Part shown: positions 1 to 15,732 of the stretch, piece after piece
Numbering within the stretch: position 1 is the stretch's first letter
Layout of the letters: each line of letters opens with the position of its first letter
Source of the DNA: Octopus vulgaris
Taxonomy: Eukaryota
Direction of reading: 5' to 3'
Assembly (NCBI GenBank): GCA_951406725.2
Contig: OX597817.1
Coordinates: 91,016,001-91,080,000, forward strand
DNA length: 64,000 bases
Made by a program: the position numbers and the translations under genes
Notes under the pieces: model-generated
Told to the model about the DNA's origin: nothing
Database searches by the model: none
What the model saw: only the letters and a program-made list of their open reading frames with translations

Positions 1-355
1 CTTCTCCAGCTTGGTTAGCCATATATCTCTTCTACTGCAAAAAAAGCACCTGTCCCTGCCCAGATATCATACTTTAAACTCCCAACACCTGGTATAAAGT
101 CACCTCTTTCAATACTACATCCCTCACTAGAGAGATTCTTCCCTTGTGAGATACTTGGTAACCTCACTAGTGCCAGTATCATACCAAAAAGCACCCAGTA
201 CACTCTGTAAAGTGGATGGTGTTTGGAAGGGCATCTAGCCATAGAAAGCGTACTAATGCAGATTTTGGAGTACAATACTGTACTCTGGCTCCTTGACTCC
301 TTTCAACTATCCAACCTATACCAGCATAGAAAATGGATGTTAAATGGTGACAGTG
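1..355 (+). mobile_element. RTE-type 3' tail element (non-coding, truncated by window edge)
   Basis: Ends in AAAGCACCCAGTACACTCTG...GGAAGGGCATCTAGC...CAGCATAGAAAATGGATGTTAAATG, matching the 3' UTR of the RTE copy ending near 52737. Confidence 0.65.
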
Positions 356-460
356 ATAGATAGATATATATACATACATGCATACATGCATACATAAGTA
401 TGTATGAATGCGTGTATGTATGTATGTATGTATGTATGTATGTATGTATGTATGTATGTA

Positions 461-726
461 TTCTTTTATTATTTTACTTGTTTCAGTCATTTGACTACAG
501 CGATGCTGTAGCACTCCCTTGAAGGGTTTTAGTTGAACTAATCAACCCTAGGAGTTATCTTTAAGCCTAGTACTTATTCTATTATTCTCTTTTGCTGAAC
601 TGCTAAGTTATAGGGATGTAAACACCAACACTGGTTGTCAAGCAGTAGTGGAGGGACAAACGCAGACACAGAGACACACATACATATATATTTATATGCA
701 TGTATATATATATATGTGTATGTGTA

Positions 727-781
<55 letters not shown>

Positions 782-820
782 ATATCTGTCTATCTATCTA
801 TCTATATATATATATATGTA

Positions 821-859
<39 letters not shown>

Positions 860-925
860 TCATATATACATACATATATATGTACGTATATATAGATACA
901 TATATATATGTATGTAATATATGTA

Positions 926-959
<34 letters not shown>

Positions 960-1026
960 CACACACACATATGTATGTGTATGTATGTATATATATGTAT
1001 ATATGTATGTGTGTGTGTGTGTATAA

Positions 1027-1068
<42 letters not shown>

Positions 1069-1218
1069 GGACAACAGGCTTCTTTCACTTTCTATCTACC
1101 AAATCCACTCAAGGCTTGTGTCTGCCTGAGGCTATAGTAGAGGACAGTTGCTCAAGTGCCACACGGTGGAACTGGACCTGGAATGATGTGGTTGGGAAGC
1201 AAGCTTCTTATAACACAG
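461..1218 (-). mobile_element. tRNA-headed SINE (family A), degraded, with greatly expanded internal microsatellite
   Basis: Reverse complement matches the intact copies at 21656 and 62473; about 390 bp of TA/TCTA/GA repeats separate the two halves. Confidence 0.8.
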
Positions 1219-1450
1219 ATGGGCTGAGGTTCCCTACAGTTGTTTCAAAAGTGTACTTTATTGAAGAACAAATCAATTAGATTGTATAAAAAAAGTTTTC
1301 TCCAGATGAATTAAAAATTAAAATAAAATGCAGCATCTAGGATTTTTCACACAAAGAATATAAAATGTATATTGACTTTCTTATCCTAGTGTTAATTATA
1401 TATATGTCGCTACAGATATGCTGTTGGTAATTTTTTTTCCTTCTTTGAAC

Positions 1451-1484
1451 TTTTCTGATGAAGGGCTATGCTCGAAAGTCAAAA
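1451..1484 (+). ncRNA. Degenerate minimal hammerhead-like motif (Penelope-type terminal repeat)
   Basis: TTTT-CTGATGA-AGGGC-TAT-GCTC-GAAA-GTC-AAAA: stems I and II pair and a GUC triplet is present, but stem III is absent. Confidence 0.35.
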
Positions 1485-2089
1485 TCTCTCTTTACACTGA
1501 GCATCAAACTAATACATTTCTTGTGCATATCCTCTTGTTGTCCCTTATTGTTAATTTTATTGTACCTTTATTTTAATTAACTATATATAAGTATATGTAT
1601 GTATGTACACTTTTGTTAAATACAGCAGATTTTACAGTTTTTCATTTAACAATTTCCACTCCTATGGCATTGGTCAAAGTGAGGCTACAATTAAAGGCAA
1701 TTGTCGAAACTACCATGCAGTGAGACTGAACCCTCAACCACGAAATTGTGAAGTAAACTTTTAAATGACATTGATATTTCTGCACCACACATTTACACAC
1801 ATACACTCACACTCATGCAAACATTTATGCATATGTATGTTTGTGTGTACTATATGTCTAGTTTGGTAGTTGCACATGACCAGATGTATATAGCTAATAC
1901 AGCAATATTGTGCAAATATATGCAGGTGTATGTGCATATACATTTATAAATGTCCATGTGTATATGTGTGTTTGTGTATATATATGTATGTGTGAGAGTG
2001 TGTTTAAATGTTGTCATAATTTGCTGTTGCTTGGCAACTTAAAATCAAATAGCAAGGATTTATGCTGAAACGCAGATGCTCATAGAAAG

Positions 2090-2260
2090 ATGCACGAGTG
2101 CACATGTTACATACATACACAATACACCCGAAAATACATACACATAAACAAACGTGTATGCATTTATATAAGTGCACACAAGCACACCAACACAAGCATA
2201 CAAATATACATACACAATTGCAGAAATACACACTGACATGCACACATATACAAACATAAA

Positions 2261-2346
<86 letters not shown>

Positions 2347-2488
2347 CACATATGTACACACACACACACAGACATATACACAGATGTGCATACACCCATG
2401 CAGACTTACACATTTCCAGGACATTTGCAAATGTGCAAGCATACACATACAAACATAACACAAATCTACACACATACACACACACACA

Positions 2489-2525
<37 letters not shown>

Positions 2526-3520
2526 ACACATATGCAGACATATTTAAACAGAAACACAGACACATACATAAACACATACAGACTCACAAACACACACTAA
2601 CAGACAACATCCACACACATACATAGACACATACACAAACGCATACACACATACATATACATAGACACATCCACACATGTAACAGACATACATGGACTGA
2701 AACACAAGTGCAGAGACACTCACACACATACAAACACACATACACATACAAACTTGCACACATCATACATTTAGACACACACAAATATGCACTGTTTCAC
2801 ACACACACGACACTCATGTCCAAGCATAGACACAGGCATGCATACACACACATACACACATCAACACACACAGGCACACACATTAAACATGTATGCACAT
2901 ACACACACATATACAGAATACACACACTATCTCAGACACACATACACTTACTTGTACACAAATACAAGCACACTCACTTGTACATGCACACACTCACATA
3001 CATACATATATGCACAGAGACATATAGATACACACCGACATACACATATGTATAAATAATACATACACCACCTCAAACATAAACATCCTTGCACACATCC
3101 ACAAATGCACATACACACACAAACATGCAGACACATTCACATGTACACACACTTGTATGTGCATATGCACACCAACACACATGCAAACACGTTAAAGATG
3201 TATACACTCACATACACATACATACTTTCAGACACACTCACATGTACATAAACACAATCACATACATACACATATGCACACAGACATACACATTAAACAC
3301 ATGCTCTCACATAAACATGCACATATATGCGCAATACATACATACATCTCAGTCATACATAGATTTGCACACATCCACAAACACACACACATACACACAC
3401 AGTCACATCTACATGCACACACTCATACAACTGCACACACCAACTCATACAGACACATATGCAGAGACATGAACACACACAATAAACACATATACACACA
3501 GACACACACACACCACCTAC
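2090..3520. repeat. Long degenerate (CA)/(TA)/(GATA) microsatellite-derived low-complexity tract
   Basis: Continuous ACAC/ATAC/GATA runs; source of spurious HT/YI/CV ORFs. Confidence 0.9.
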
Positions 3521-4481
3521 ACAGAGCAGTACTCACTGTTGTAATTGCTCTACTTGCCATGGTCTATCACTGATATATTTTATATAAAATGATTCCTTTC
3601 CTTCTTTAACAGTCATCATATCCCAGTGATGATAACAGATCAAGCACTGACAGATAGTTGCTGAATCACCAGTAACTGTAAGTGTGTGTGTGTATGTGTG
3701 TGCTTGTGCGTGCATGTGTGAGTGTGTGTGGTTGATGCTTATGTGTATGCGCCTGTATGAACATTTCTTACTATTTATGTAAATATTTCCTAACGTACAT
3801 ATGTACGTACAGCTTATTCAACCAGATTGGTTGAATAAGCTGTCAGTGACACTTAAAATCTTAGTCAACATGAATTTTATTCTGTATCTCTTTACACCAT
3901 TTAAACCACACACACATCCATCCATACATACGTACATACATAAATGTATATATATATAAGAAATTTCTCCCCCTCCCTCTTTCACTGTTTTCTATCTGTC
4001 TCTCTTTCTCCCTCTCTCTCTCGTCGCTCACACGTGACCATCGTCCATCTTCTTTTTTCTCACGTGACTATCATCTTTTCCTGCATAGATGTTCAAAAGA
4101 GCAGATATGTTTTTCTCTCTCTCTTCTATATTTTCTCTTTTCAAGATAAATATTTCTCCCAGCATTCACTATTTTCCTCTCATTCTGGACTAACGACCCT
4201 CCATGTTTGTTTTCATTCAGTTTTCCTGTATGACTCCACTGTCGTGTTTTTGTTCCCAACTTTGATCCCCCATAAATCCAAAATTTCATTTTAGAATTTA
4301 TGGAAGCAAATGTCTTTGAATGCTTGAAATGAGGGGTAGAAAAACAGCCAACAACTGATGAAGGGTCCTTTCTCTGTGTTTACTTGTCCTGTTTTCCATT
4401 TGTTTCTCGTTGTTTACGTATTTCATGTTATTTGCACCACTGGTGACGTTCTGTACCCATACATGCATGTATATATATATG

Positions 4482-6208
<1,727 letters not shown>

Positions 6209-6299
6209 TATTTCTCTAGTTATGTCTCACACCAAAAAAAAAAAAAAATCAGTATATCTCTTACTTTTGTCAGCCCTTATATCAATCAAAAAATGATAG

Positions 6300-6600
6300 C
6301 AAGTAGTTGTATTTTCAGCATGTTATGCTCTTCTTTGAAAAGGGTGAAAATACTACAGAGACATCTAAAACCATTTGTGAAGTGCATAGTGAAGGTGCAG
6401 TAGGTGACAATCAATGGTCCAGAGATAGTTTGTAAAATTCAAACATGGGGATTTAAGCATAGAAGAAGCAAATAGTTCTGAAAAACCTTCGAAGCTTTCA
6501 GAAAGTTCTGTCTATGAATTCTTAGTGAAACTTGGTCACATTTTCCACCGTGACATATGGTCCATCCACAACTTTTCCAAGAAAATCTTCATAGACTGGT
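6300..6600 (+). mobile_element. Mariner transposase N-terminal (HTH) relic
   Basis: Translates to HVMLFFEKGENTTETSKTICEVHSEGAV...FVKFKHGDLSIEE, similar to the Mos1/SETMAR HTH; contains stops and frameshifts. Confidence 0.6.
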
Positions 6601-6620
6601 ATTCCATCTGTTACATATTC

Positions 6621-6793
6621 TTAACCCTTTAGCACTGTAATCATTATGTCAAATGCAATACTTATTTATGCACATTGTTTAAAATTAATCATGCAATATC
6701 TCATAGCTTTGAGATTTTATTGATCTGATTGTATAGTTTTAGAATGATATTGTAGGGTAGGTGTGAAAGGCTAGATCTAACTAGTTTGAACAT
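6621..6793. mobile_element. Truncated piggyBac-like MITE end
   Basis: Starts TTAACCCTTTAGCA (TTAA plus CCC terminus); the other end is not seen and is replaced by RTE sequence. Confidence 0.45.
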
Positions 6794-8235
6794 AGTGATG
6801 AATTTAGGGTACAAGAAGGGGTTTACTAAGGATCAGTCCTCAGCCCCCTTCTGTTCATTATAGTCCTCTAGGCAATAACAGAGGAATTTAAGACAGGCTG
6901 TCCATAGGAGCTCCTCTATGCTGATGAACTTGTTCTAATAGCTGAATCACTACCGACACTACAGAAGAGATTTCAAGTGTGGAAGCAAGGTCTAGAATTG
7001 AAGGGCCTTAGAGTCAAGCTAGCAAAAACCAAAGTTTTAGTAAGTAGGGAAAGGAGACAAATCACAAATCCTTTCTGGTAGATGGCGCTGCTCAATCTGT
7101 AGAAAAGGTGTAGATAGAAACTCCATAAGATGTACTCAGTGCAAGCTATGGCCACATAAGAGGTGCAACAATATCAGAGGAAGGTTAACTGGGAAAATAG
7201 TTTTTGTGTGTGGAAGGTGCACAGGTACAAAAAACACTAAAAATGTATAGAAAATAGACTCCATCAAATGCCAGGTGGGTAAGCTAGAGGTAGTTGATAA
7301 CTTCCATTATCTAGGTGACCAAGTCAATGGTGGAGGTGGATGCTCTGAGAGCATAACTGCAAGAATAAGAATAGGCAGGGCAAAGTTCAGAGAGCTCCTA
7401 CCACTGTTGGTAACAAAGGGCCCCTTCCTCAGAGTGAAAGGCAGACTATATGTTGCCAGTGTGTGAACAGCTGTGCTACATGGCAGTGAAACATGGCTGT
7501 GACTGATGAGAAAATGCATAGGCTTGAATGAAATGAAGCTAGTATGTTCCGTTGGATGTAAGTATCTTGAGAGAAAAGTTAGGCAAAAGAGGCAACAGAT
7601 GTGGTGTGCAAAAAAGACTGCACTGGTATAGTCAGGTGATGCATATGGATGCGGACAGCTGTGTAAAGCGGTGCTGATTTCTAACTGGGGAGGGAACCTG
7701 TGGAAGAGGTGGTCCCTGGAAGACATGGAACAAAGTGGTGAAGCATGACCTTCAAACGTTGGGTCTCACTGAGGCATTGAATAGTGACCAAGATCTTTGG
7801 TGATATGCCATGCTTGAGAAGACTCATCAAGCCAAGTGAGAGTGTAATCATGACCAATGCTGGTGTCACATAACTGGCACCCATGCCATGGAGGTAATGT
7901 GGGTGATGTTGGTGCTGTGTAAAAAGCACCCTTTGAGTGTGGAGCCTCTCAGAAGCAATGAAAAATGACCTTGACCTTTGGCTGTGCTTGAGTAGAAGAC
8001 CCATGAAGCCAAGTAAAATTGTAGTCATGGCAGATACTGGTGTTACACAACTGGCACCTGTGCCGGTGGCACATAAAAGCTCCCTTTACACATTCAGAGT
8101 GATTACTGTTAGGAAGGGCATCCAGCTGTAGAAACCATGCCAAATTAGACTGGGGCTTGGTGTAGCCCCTCAGTTTACCAGCCCTGGTCAAACTGTCCAA
8201 CTCATGCCATCATGTACAATGGACATTAAATGAAA
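6794..8235 (+). mobile_element. Degraded RTE LINE, RT C-terminus plus 3' UTR
   Basis: GSVLSPLLFIIV, ELLYADE, KLEVVDNFHYLGD, AKFRELLPLL motifs with stops; ends GGACATTAAATGA. Confidence 0.88.
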
Positions 8236-8289
8236 AATAATAATAATGCCAACAACAACAACAACAACAATATTAATAATAATAATAAT

Positions 8290-8826
8290 AAAGTACCACT
8301 CACTGACTCTCATGGCTTCTGATCTTACTGATTGGATGTGTTATTGTGTACATTGTTTTGTCTTGATATAAAAGATGGGCTACAGCAAACATTCTGCTCA
8401 ATACCTCAGATTTGCTTGTCAGTTGTTTGACCTTAACCAGTTGAACATGTCCTTTGGTGGCTGACGATATGTGCATATCTGATCACAAGCTGAAGTAATG
8501 GGGGAGCATCATAGCCATGCGTTTGAGAGAAATTCTTTGGAGTTTGAATTATTCACCTCTGGAAATATGGGTGTTTTGTTCACCATACTTAAACAAACCT
8601 TATTCAAGGACCGTTCGACCTGGATGGGCTACTCAACCTGAAGAAAATTCTAATTGGTCATGCATGGTTCATTTTGATATGAGATCACCATGTCATGCAC
8701 ACATGATTGTGATGCATGTGCCTGGGGTACCCTTATCAGATGAGTAGTCATGATGGGTATACAAGGCTTCGTATATTTTACACCAGTGTCACTTTGATGG
8801 CATACACTATTCTCTCACTTACTTAT
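8290..8826. repeat. Non-coding interspersed element flanked on both sides by (TAA)n
   Basis: About 540 bp of complex sequence between TAA runs; its start (TCATGGCTTCTGATCTTACTGATT) recurs after the TAA run at about 10594-10620. Confidence 0.4.
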
Positions 8827-9000
<174 letters not shown>

Positions 9001-10534
9001 GAGAGAACTGTTCCTGTTATTGTAGGTGCCCTTGGTATTATAAAAAAGGGATGTCAGAAATATCTAGATAAGATCCCAAGAGAACAATGTTTCAGAGAAA
9101 TCCAAAAGTTTGTGCAGACAAAGATCGCCTACATCCTTAGAAAACCCCTTTCCATTTAAATGTCTGTGTTGTATTACTTGAAGATATTTTGCTACTGTTC
9201 CTGCCACTTCTTCCTGGGAATGGAAGAATTGGTGACGCGTAACCTGGATGATGGTGATGCTGTTGACATTGTTTTATTGGACTTTGCCAAAGCTTTTGAC
9301 TCGGTTAACCACCGCATATTACTTGTCAAGCTTCAAGCATATCGCTTCCATCCGGATATTGTACGATGGGTTGGTGCCTTCCTCTCAGATCGCTCCTTCC
9401 AAGTCCAAGTTAATGGTTCGCTGTCCGCCGTCTCCAGTGCGAGCAGTAGCATGCCTCAAGGTTCAGTGCTTGGGCCGTTATTGTTTTTAGTCTTCATCAA
9501 TGACTTGCCCGATGAATCTCACGCAACATACCCTTCTATTTGCCAACGATGTCAAACTGGTCGCTCCATGCAGTGATATAGATGATCTTCGTCGATGCCT
9601 CCACCAAATTTGGAGATGGTCAAACGAATGGAACCTGTGTCTGAACATGTCAAAGTGCTGTCATCTGCCTGTTGGCTCCTCTCCTGCAACTCAACTTGAT
9701 TTCGAGCTGGGTCGCCTTCTGCTGGAGAAGACTGACCAAGTAAAGGACCTGGTATCTTGGTGGATTCTTCCATTTTGCCTTCGGCCCAATGCGTCCATGC
9801 TACCAACAAAGCATGTGGAATTCTGATTTTGATTCAACAGTCATTTGGAATGCTCACAGCAGCCATATTCTTACTGCTCTATGTCACGCTGGTGAGACCC
9901 ATATTGGAGTACAGGATTCAAGCCTCTTCTCCTTATCTACTCAAAGACATACATCATCTCGAAAGAGTCCAGAAGCTGGCTACCCCCATGGTTCTTGGTC
10001 TCAAGCATTTGTCTTATGAAGAAAGGCTGAAGACGCTCGACCTTTATTCTCTCGAAAAACGATGACACCGTGGTGATCTCATTCTCGCTCACAACATCAT
10101 AAGCGGAAAGTGTAACCTCTCCAAAGAGCTGTTCTTCACTCCTCCTCCGGAGCATGGGCTGCGGGGTCACTCTGAAAAGCTCTATCTACGATGATTTCAT
10201 CTCAATCGAAGGAGAGGGGCTTTCTTCGTCCGGGTTGCGGATCCGTGGAATAAGCTGCCAGACGAGATAGTGAAGATGCTGACGACCGCTCGGTTCAAAG
10301 TCTCTCTTGACCAAAAATGGCCTGAACTCTTTGTATGACCACCCTCCCTGTACATAACTCCCTGTCCCCCTACATGGCCTTGCTTTTGCATTTTGAGCCA
10401 ATAAAAATTGAATTGAATTGAAATTCTCCGCCCCAAGCTTTCAGTCATACTGTAACATCTCTTATCCTTCACTCGACCTAGGACGCTGGGCATGTCTTGG
10501 CAATCAATTGTAACAAACGTACAGATTAAAAGTA

Positions 10535-10535
<1 letters not shown>
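9001..10535 (+). mobile_element. R4/Dong-clade LINE 3' end (RLE C-terminus plus 3' UTR), interrupted by a CR1 insertion
   Basis: TVPVIVGALGIIKKGCQKYLDKIP...EIQK...AYILRKPLSI* (9001-9159) resembles the R4/Dong C-terminus; UTR-like sequence resumes at about 10423 and ends in (TAA)n. Confidence 0.72.
9195..10422 (+). mobile_element. CR1-group LINE, 5'-truncated RT plus 3' UTR
   Basis: DIVLLDFAKAFDSVNH, PQGSVLGPLLFLVFINDLP, LLFANDVKL, LVRPILEY, LERVQK, LSYEERLK; AATAAA then (AATTG)n tail. Confidence 0.9.
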
Positions 10536-10577
<42 letters not shown>

Positions 10578-11181
10578 TCCCTGATGCTTCTGATCATAGC
10601 TTCTGATCATAACTGATTTGTCAAACAAACATGTATACTAGATATATTTTTCAGGACAACACAAGAAAGAGTTCCTCACTCATTATTTACTTACATAGAG
10701 AATGTGTTGGTAGTGGGAAGGTGGTAGTAACAGAATAGGAAATAGGGTGCTGTATTCTCAGTAAATGTAAATATGTAGACTTGGTAAATTATTGACGGAG
10801 GACTGTTGGATCTGCCACCTACAGTTGCTTTTGGAGTAAGAGAGGGAAAGAGAGACAAAATTTCCTAAGAAACAGAAGAGTGGGTGAAGGTTCCCTTTGA
10901 GAGAAGAGAACCTCTTCAGGGTGTGGAATTTTTATTATTTTTATTATTATTATGAGAGTTATTTTTCTTATCAGTGAGAGAGCATATAAAATAATATTTC
11001 CATATAATTTATTTTTGATTTCTTTTTAAATGTCCTAGTAGTTGTAGATAATGCTATTTCACCCTTCTTATGGGCTCCTCAGTACAATTTGCATTCATGA
11101 AATTAGTTGGTCTATGTTTATTTAAAACCTTTAGGAATTATAGGCAGGAATAAGAAAGAGAGAAAGGATAGCAGTGTAAGT

Positions 11182-11221
<40 letters not shown>

Positions 11222-12309
11222 GAGAGAAAGGAAGAGAGAGTGAGAACGAGAGAGAGAGAGGGGGGAAGAGAGAAAGGAAGAGAGAGAGAGAGAGAGGCAG
11301 AATATGAAAATGAGGCTAAAATATAGCCAAGGAAAGTGGAACCATTTACTGATATATACATACACCACATACACAATCACACTGACACACATATCATCAT
11401 GATTTTTTTCATCATTACTTTAGTGTTCACATTTCCATGCTCACATGAGTCAGGTGGAATACACATGCACACACACGCATGCACATACACACACACACTC
11501 ATGCACACATACATACATGCATATATGATAAGTAATAGCAAAGTTCAGAGGTTTTATCTCCTAGACAAAGTTGTTAGCTATGACATTTGTTATTGATTGT
11601 TTATAGTAAGCAAGAATCATATAAAAATTACAAGATTTGTGATTTGGTATCTGTTACCATTAACAGTTTTCTTCTTTTTTTTTCAGGTTTATGGTTGACT
11701 TATATAATTTTCAAATTTGCATGCAAGTATGAATGTTGTAAACTTCAAAACTCAAACCGTTTCGTTTGCCATACAAGTATGAAATTTCTAGCAGCTTATG
11801 ATGCATTTATAATAAATATATCTTACATAAAGTAAAAACAAGACTCAACAGAAAAAACATAGGATAATACAACCATCTTAAGTGGAATTGCTTTAAAATT
11901 AGAAGACTACACAAGAAGCTATATGAACAGGATAAAAAAGAATCACAATACTTTACTCAAAAATAGTATTTGCTTGAGGCAAACTAGAACTGGCTCTTGA
12001 TTGCTGAAAGGAACCTGCTGTTAATGGTTAAAAAAAAAACTGGTAAAGTCTTTTAGCCCAGAAATAATTACATCATCCTTAAAGCAACATCATTCCTATT
12101 GTTCTTACCAATACCTATCAAAAAATAGCAGTTAATTCGTAGTGGAACTGCAAGAGATGGACAGCAAAGTCTAGAAAGGTCAATAGACATAGGAACTTTA
12201 CTGTTCCCAACAAAATATGGGAAGCTAATAAAGATGAATCCCCACAAAAAGTCATGAGGTGGTATCAAAATGGGCCTGGACTACTTATGTATAATAAAAA
12301 ATAACATAT

Positions 12310-13090
12310 TTACCTATGTTTTGACACCATCTCCTTTATTGCACAACAATAAACTGGTCCCAGTGTTCCTGTCACTTTTGGAATCTAGCCTGGAAGTAAT
12401 TTTCTGTAAATGAGTTGAGGACCTTCTGTGATTTACTCTGGATCTTGACAATGGTGTTAAAATGGTGACCTTTGAGTTACATTTTCATCTTGGGGAAGAG
12501 ATGGAAGTCTGCAGATACTAAATTTGGTGAATTAGGGCAGGAGCAGAAGTGATGTGTTATTTTTGATGAGAAACACAAGGGTGAGGAGAGCTCAGGCAAG
12601 AATCTAAATTCTTCGAGCTCCATAGATGTGGTCACATTTGCCAAATGTCCTTTCTCAGATGTTCCAAAACATCACAGTAGAACTCTCAATTGACAGTCTA
12701 GTCTTGGAGGATGAATTCGTAATGCACAAAACCACATTTCCCATGGTGACGTTCGTGACATGTCTTCAAGATCACTCATTGTCTTCCAGGGATGGTCTTT
12801 CACTTTTGAAGTGCCTGTGCTACTTAAAACATTGTGTACGACTCATTGCCATAAGCTTGTCCATAGCATGCTCAATGTCTGTAGCAGACTTCCCAAGTTT
12901 AATGCAAAATTTCACGTTGGCTCTTTGTTCTTGTCCATGACAAAATTGTAGACTACAGCATACATGTGATCACAAAAGCACAAATTTCACAACTTGTGAA
13001 ACACAACAATATCACTCAACACACTAACTCATGAAGGTTACTGCTAGCTTTCACTGTGAACACAACCATGTACAGCCATCTGTTGGCAAG
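12310..13090 (-). mobile_element. Internally deleted mariner element
   Basis: Minus strand gives EQRANVKFCIKLGKSAT...MSRTQCFK (N-terminus) and NSPNLVSADFHLFPKMK (degenerate YSPDLAP-D motif). Confidence 0.75.
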
Positions 13091-13104
13091 CTACAGAACA
13101 CAAA

Positions 13105-13450
13105 TACCATTTGTCAAGTGGTGGTGGAGGGCAAACACACACACACACACACAAAGGGCTTCTTTCAGTTTCTGTCAACTAAATCCACTCACAACACTTT
13201 GGTTGGCCCGGGGCTATAGTAGAAGACACTTGCCTAAGGTGCTACACAATGGGACTGAACCTCAAACCATGTGACTGAAAAGCAAACTTCTTATCACACA
13301 GCCAGTGCTTATATATATATATAGGTATGATGTGACTGAGTGAGTAAGAAGTTTGCTTCCAACCAATGTAGTTTCAGGTTCCGTCCTACTATGAATTACC
13401 ATACATAAGTGTCTTTAGTCAGCCTTAGGCTGACTAAAGTCTTCTGAGAG
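13105..13450. mobile_element. Two partial family-A SINE heads, back to back (- then +)
   Basis: 13105-13307 is the reverse complement of the head; 13323-13450 is a degraded head on the + strand. Confidence 0.6.
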
Positions 13451-13479
13451 GAACAGGCTGGAAAAAGTTCACCTCTGTT

Positions 13480-14340
13480 GGTAACAAAAGGTTTCTATTG
13501 AAGAATGGAAAACATTAAGACTTGTGTACAAAACTCACCCACAACAATCTCCCCACCCCTCATTGCAGGCCCCTCCAGTTCCTCTCAATATCACTTACTA
13601 TCTTTAAATATCCCACCTCACACTCTTATGGTACATCTCCTCTATCCCCTCTGTGCTACTTATACTCCTCTCCCACTGTTCACTGTGGGTAGGTCCCTTT
13701 CCTTCACTCTGACTGTCTCTATCTTTGTCTCTCTCTCTCTGTCTCTCCAACCTCCCTTTACTTACTTGTCCTGCAGGGGTAACCAAGTATCTTCCCTATA
13801 GTAAGACAGCTATCTTGACCTTCTATAATACTCCAATCTCTCACCTGGCACATGACCACTCTTTGCAGTTGCGTTGCAAATCATTTAGTGAGGTACTGGT
13901 GCCATGTGAAATACACCTCTGCCAGTAACCTGTTAAGACCAGTTCCCCCTTAAGAAGCACCATGCTGATGCGACATAACTAGTACCCATATCAGCACCAT
14001 GTAAAGAGTACCTCTGCCAGTGTCACAGAAAAAGCACCCAAGCTGGCACCACATAAAGAGCACCCATGCCAGCCTCATATGAAAAGCACCCAATAAAATA
14101 AGCACCTGTGCCAGACCCACATAAGAGGCACCTGTGCTGATACCATGTAAAAAGCATGTTCTGGCACCATGTAAAAGGCACTCAATATACTTTGTAAAGT
14201 GGTTGGCATTAGGAAAGGCATCTAGTCATAGAAACCATACCAAACAGACAAATGGAACCTGGTGCAGCCCTCTAGCTTGCCAGCTCTTGTCAGACCATCC
14301 AACCCAGCATCAAAAATGGATATTGAGGATGATGACGACA
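13480..14340 (+). mobile_element. RTE-tailed non-coding element with internal ~30-bp minisatellite
   Basis: Repeated CCATGTAAAAAGCACC-like units at 13890-14185 followed by the RTE 3' tail. Confidence 0.6.
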
Positions 14341-14692
14341 CACTCTCGTATATGTGTAAACATGCATTAACTTCAGACACACACACACACACACATACAC
14401 ACACACACCAGATCACCATTGTCTCCCTTGCCACTTAGTCCTAAAGTCAACTTCACAGCTGTCTTCCTTGTCATTCACAACTCTTCTGGTTATTTCACAT
14501 GTGCTGACTCTGAGAGACATTTGTTTTTCGCTCTTTCTATTTTTTCTCTCTTTGTCTATTCTTTCTGTAAGAGAGCCTATGTTCAAAACAAAAGACTTCT
14601 AATTTTTCTTTACTGAGTAGAAACTTAATATACCTTGTTTTATTGTTTATCATCTTCATGTATTTTTTGTACTATGTGTGTCTGTGTATATA

Positions 14693-14864
14693 TGCTGGGG
14701 CACTGCCTTGAAGAATTTTTAGTTGATTATATCAACCTCAGTACTTATTTTTTAAGAGCTTTGTACTTAATCTATTGTGCTTTTTTGCTGAGCCACTAAG
14801 TCATGGGGATGTAAACACACCAACACTGGTTGTCGAGTGGTGGTGGGACAGACACTGACACAAA

Positions 14865-14912
<48 letters not shown>

Positions 14913-14988
14913 CATACATATGACAGGCTCCTTTCAGTTTCAGTCTACAATATCCACTTAGAAGGATTTGGTCAGCCTGAGGATATTG
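14693..14988 (-). mobile_element. Family-A SINE, partial
   Basis: Homologous to the copy at 21656. Confidence 0.7.
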
Positions 14989-15619
14989 TTACAAATAACA
15001 ATAGGGTTGAGAAATGGATTGATCTGGTTATGGAGAAGAAGCGACGAGCAAATTTCATATCTGCACATTTTCTGATTTTCATTCAAATTATGTTTACTCA
15101 TTTCTCGAGCTTTTATGATTTTCTGATCACATGAAAATGATTGCAGGCAGTTTTCTGACTAACTTGAAGTTCTTTTGCCAGTTCTTGAAAGGTTGTACAT
15201 GGATCTTTCTTAATGACTGTCTTTAATTGACCATCATCGATGACAGATGTGCATCCACTACAATCATGATCTTCAAGGCTTAGGTCTCCACTGCAAAATC
15301 CTTTTAACCATTTTTGAGCTGACCACTCACTGGTCGTTTCCTCACCAAATGTTCCATTGATATCACAAGCAATTTCAGCTGCTTTATGTCCTTTTTTGAA
15401 GTTGAATAGTAAAATTGCTCAAATATCGCTCTTTGACAGTTCTATTTCAGATGATTGTAACAACAGTGAAAAAACGTCAACGTTAGTTTATTGATGCATT
15501 TGGGCAAGTCTTATGAAACAACTGCAAAAAAATGTTTAAAACAAATTTAATACTCTGCTAAAATCTGGTACAAATACTTCATGGTTCAAAACATTGCTTA
15601 CTTTTTACTCAACCTGATA
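14988..15619 (-). mobile_element. Mariner (Hsmar1/SETMAR-like) 5' half with terminal inverted repeat
   Basis: Minus strand: TA-TCAGGTTGAGTAAAAAGTAAGCAATG TIR; AILLFNFKKGHKAAEIACDINGTFGEETTSEWSAQKWLKGFCSGDLSLED...DPCTTFQELAKEL. Confidence 0.85.
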
Positions 15620-15732
15620 TATATATTATACTTTATTTGTAGCCTTAGGCTACCATTGGTTTCATCTTGAGAAAATTTTTTAAGAATCTTTACCCACCAA
15701 TGTGGTGTTGAGCACTCATTCTCATTGTTCAA

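Noticed and set aside
635-3573. Many ORFs rich in YI, HT, CV or LSIY (also at 4298-4934, 21119-21902, 40148-40498, 60393-60606 and elsewhere)
   Set aside because: They are translations of dinucleotide and tetranucleotide microsatellites, not genes.
10695-10818. Minus-strand AG...GTAAGT exon-like segment
   Set aside because: The single open frame gives no recognisable peptide and there are no partner exons.
13890-14185. Repeat-spacer-like units (also 52200-52580 and 56470-56660) superficially resembling CRISPR
   Set aside because: Degenerate tandem units inside RTE-type 3' UTRs in eukaryotic DNA, with no unique spacers and no cas genes.
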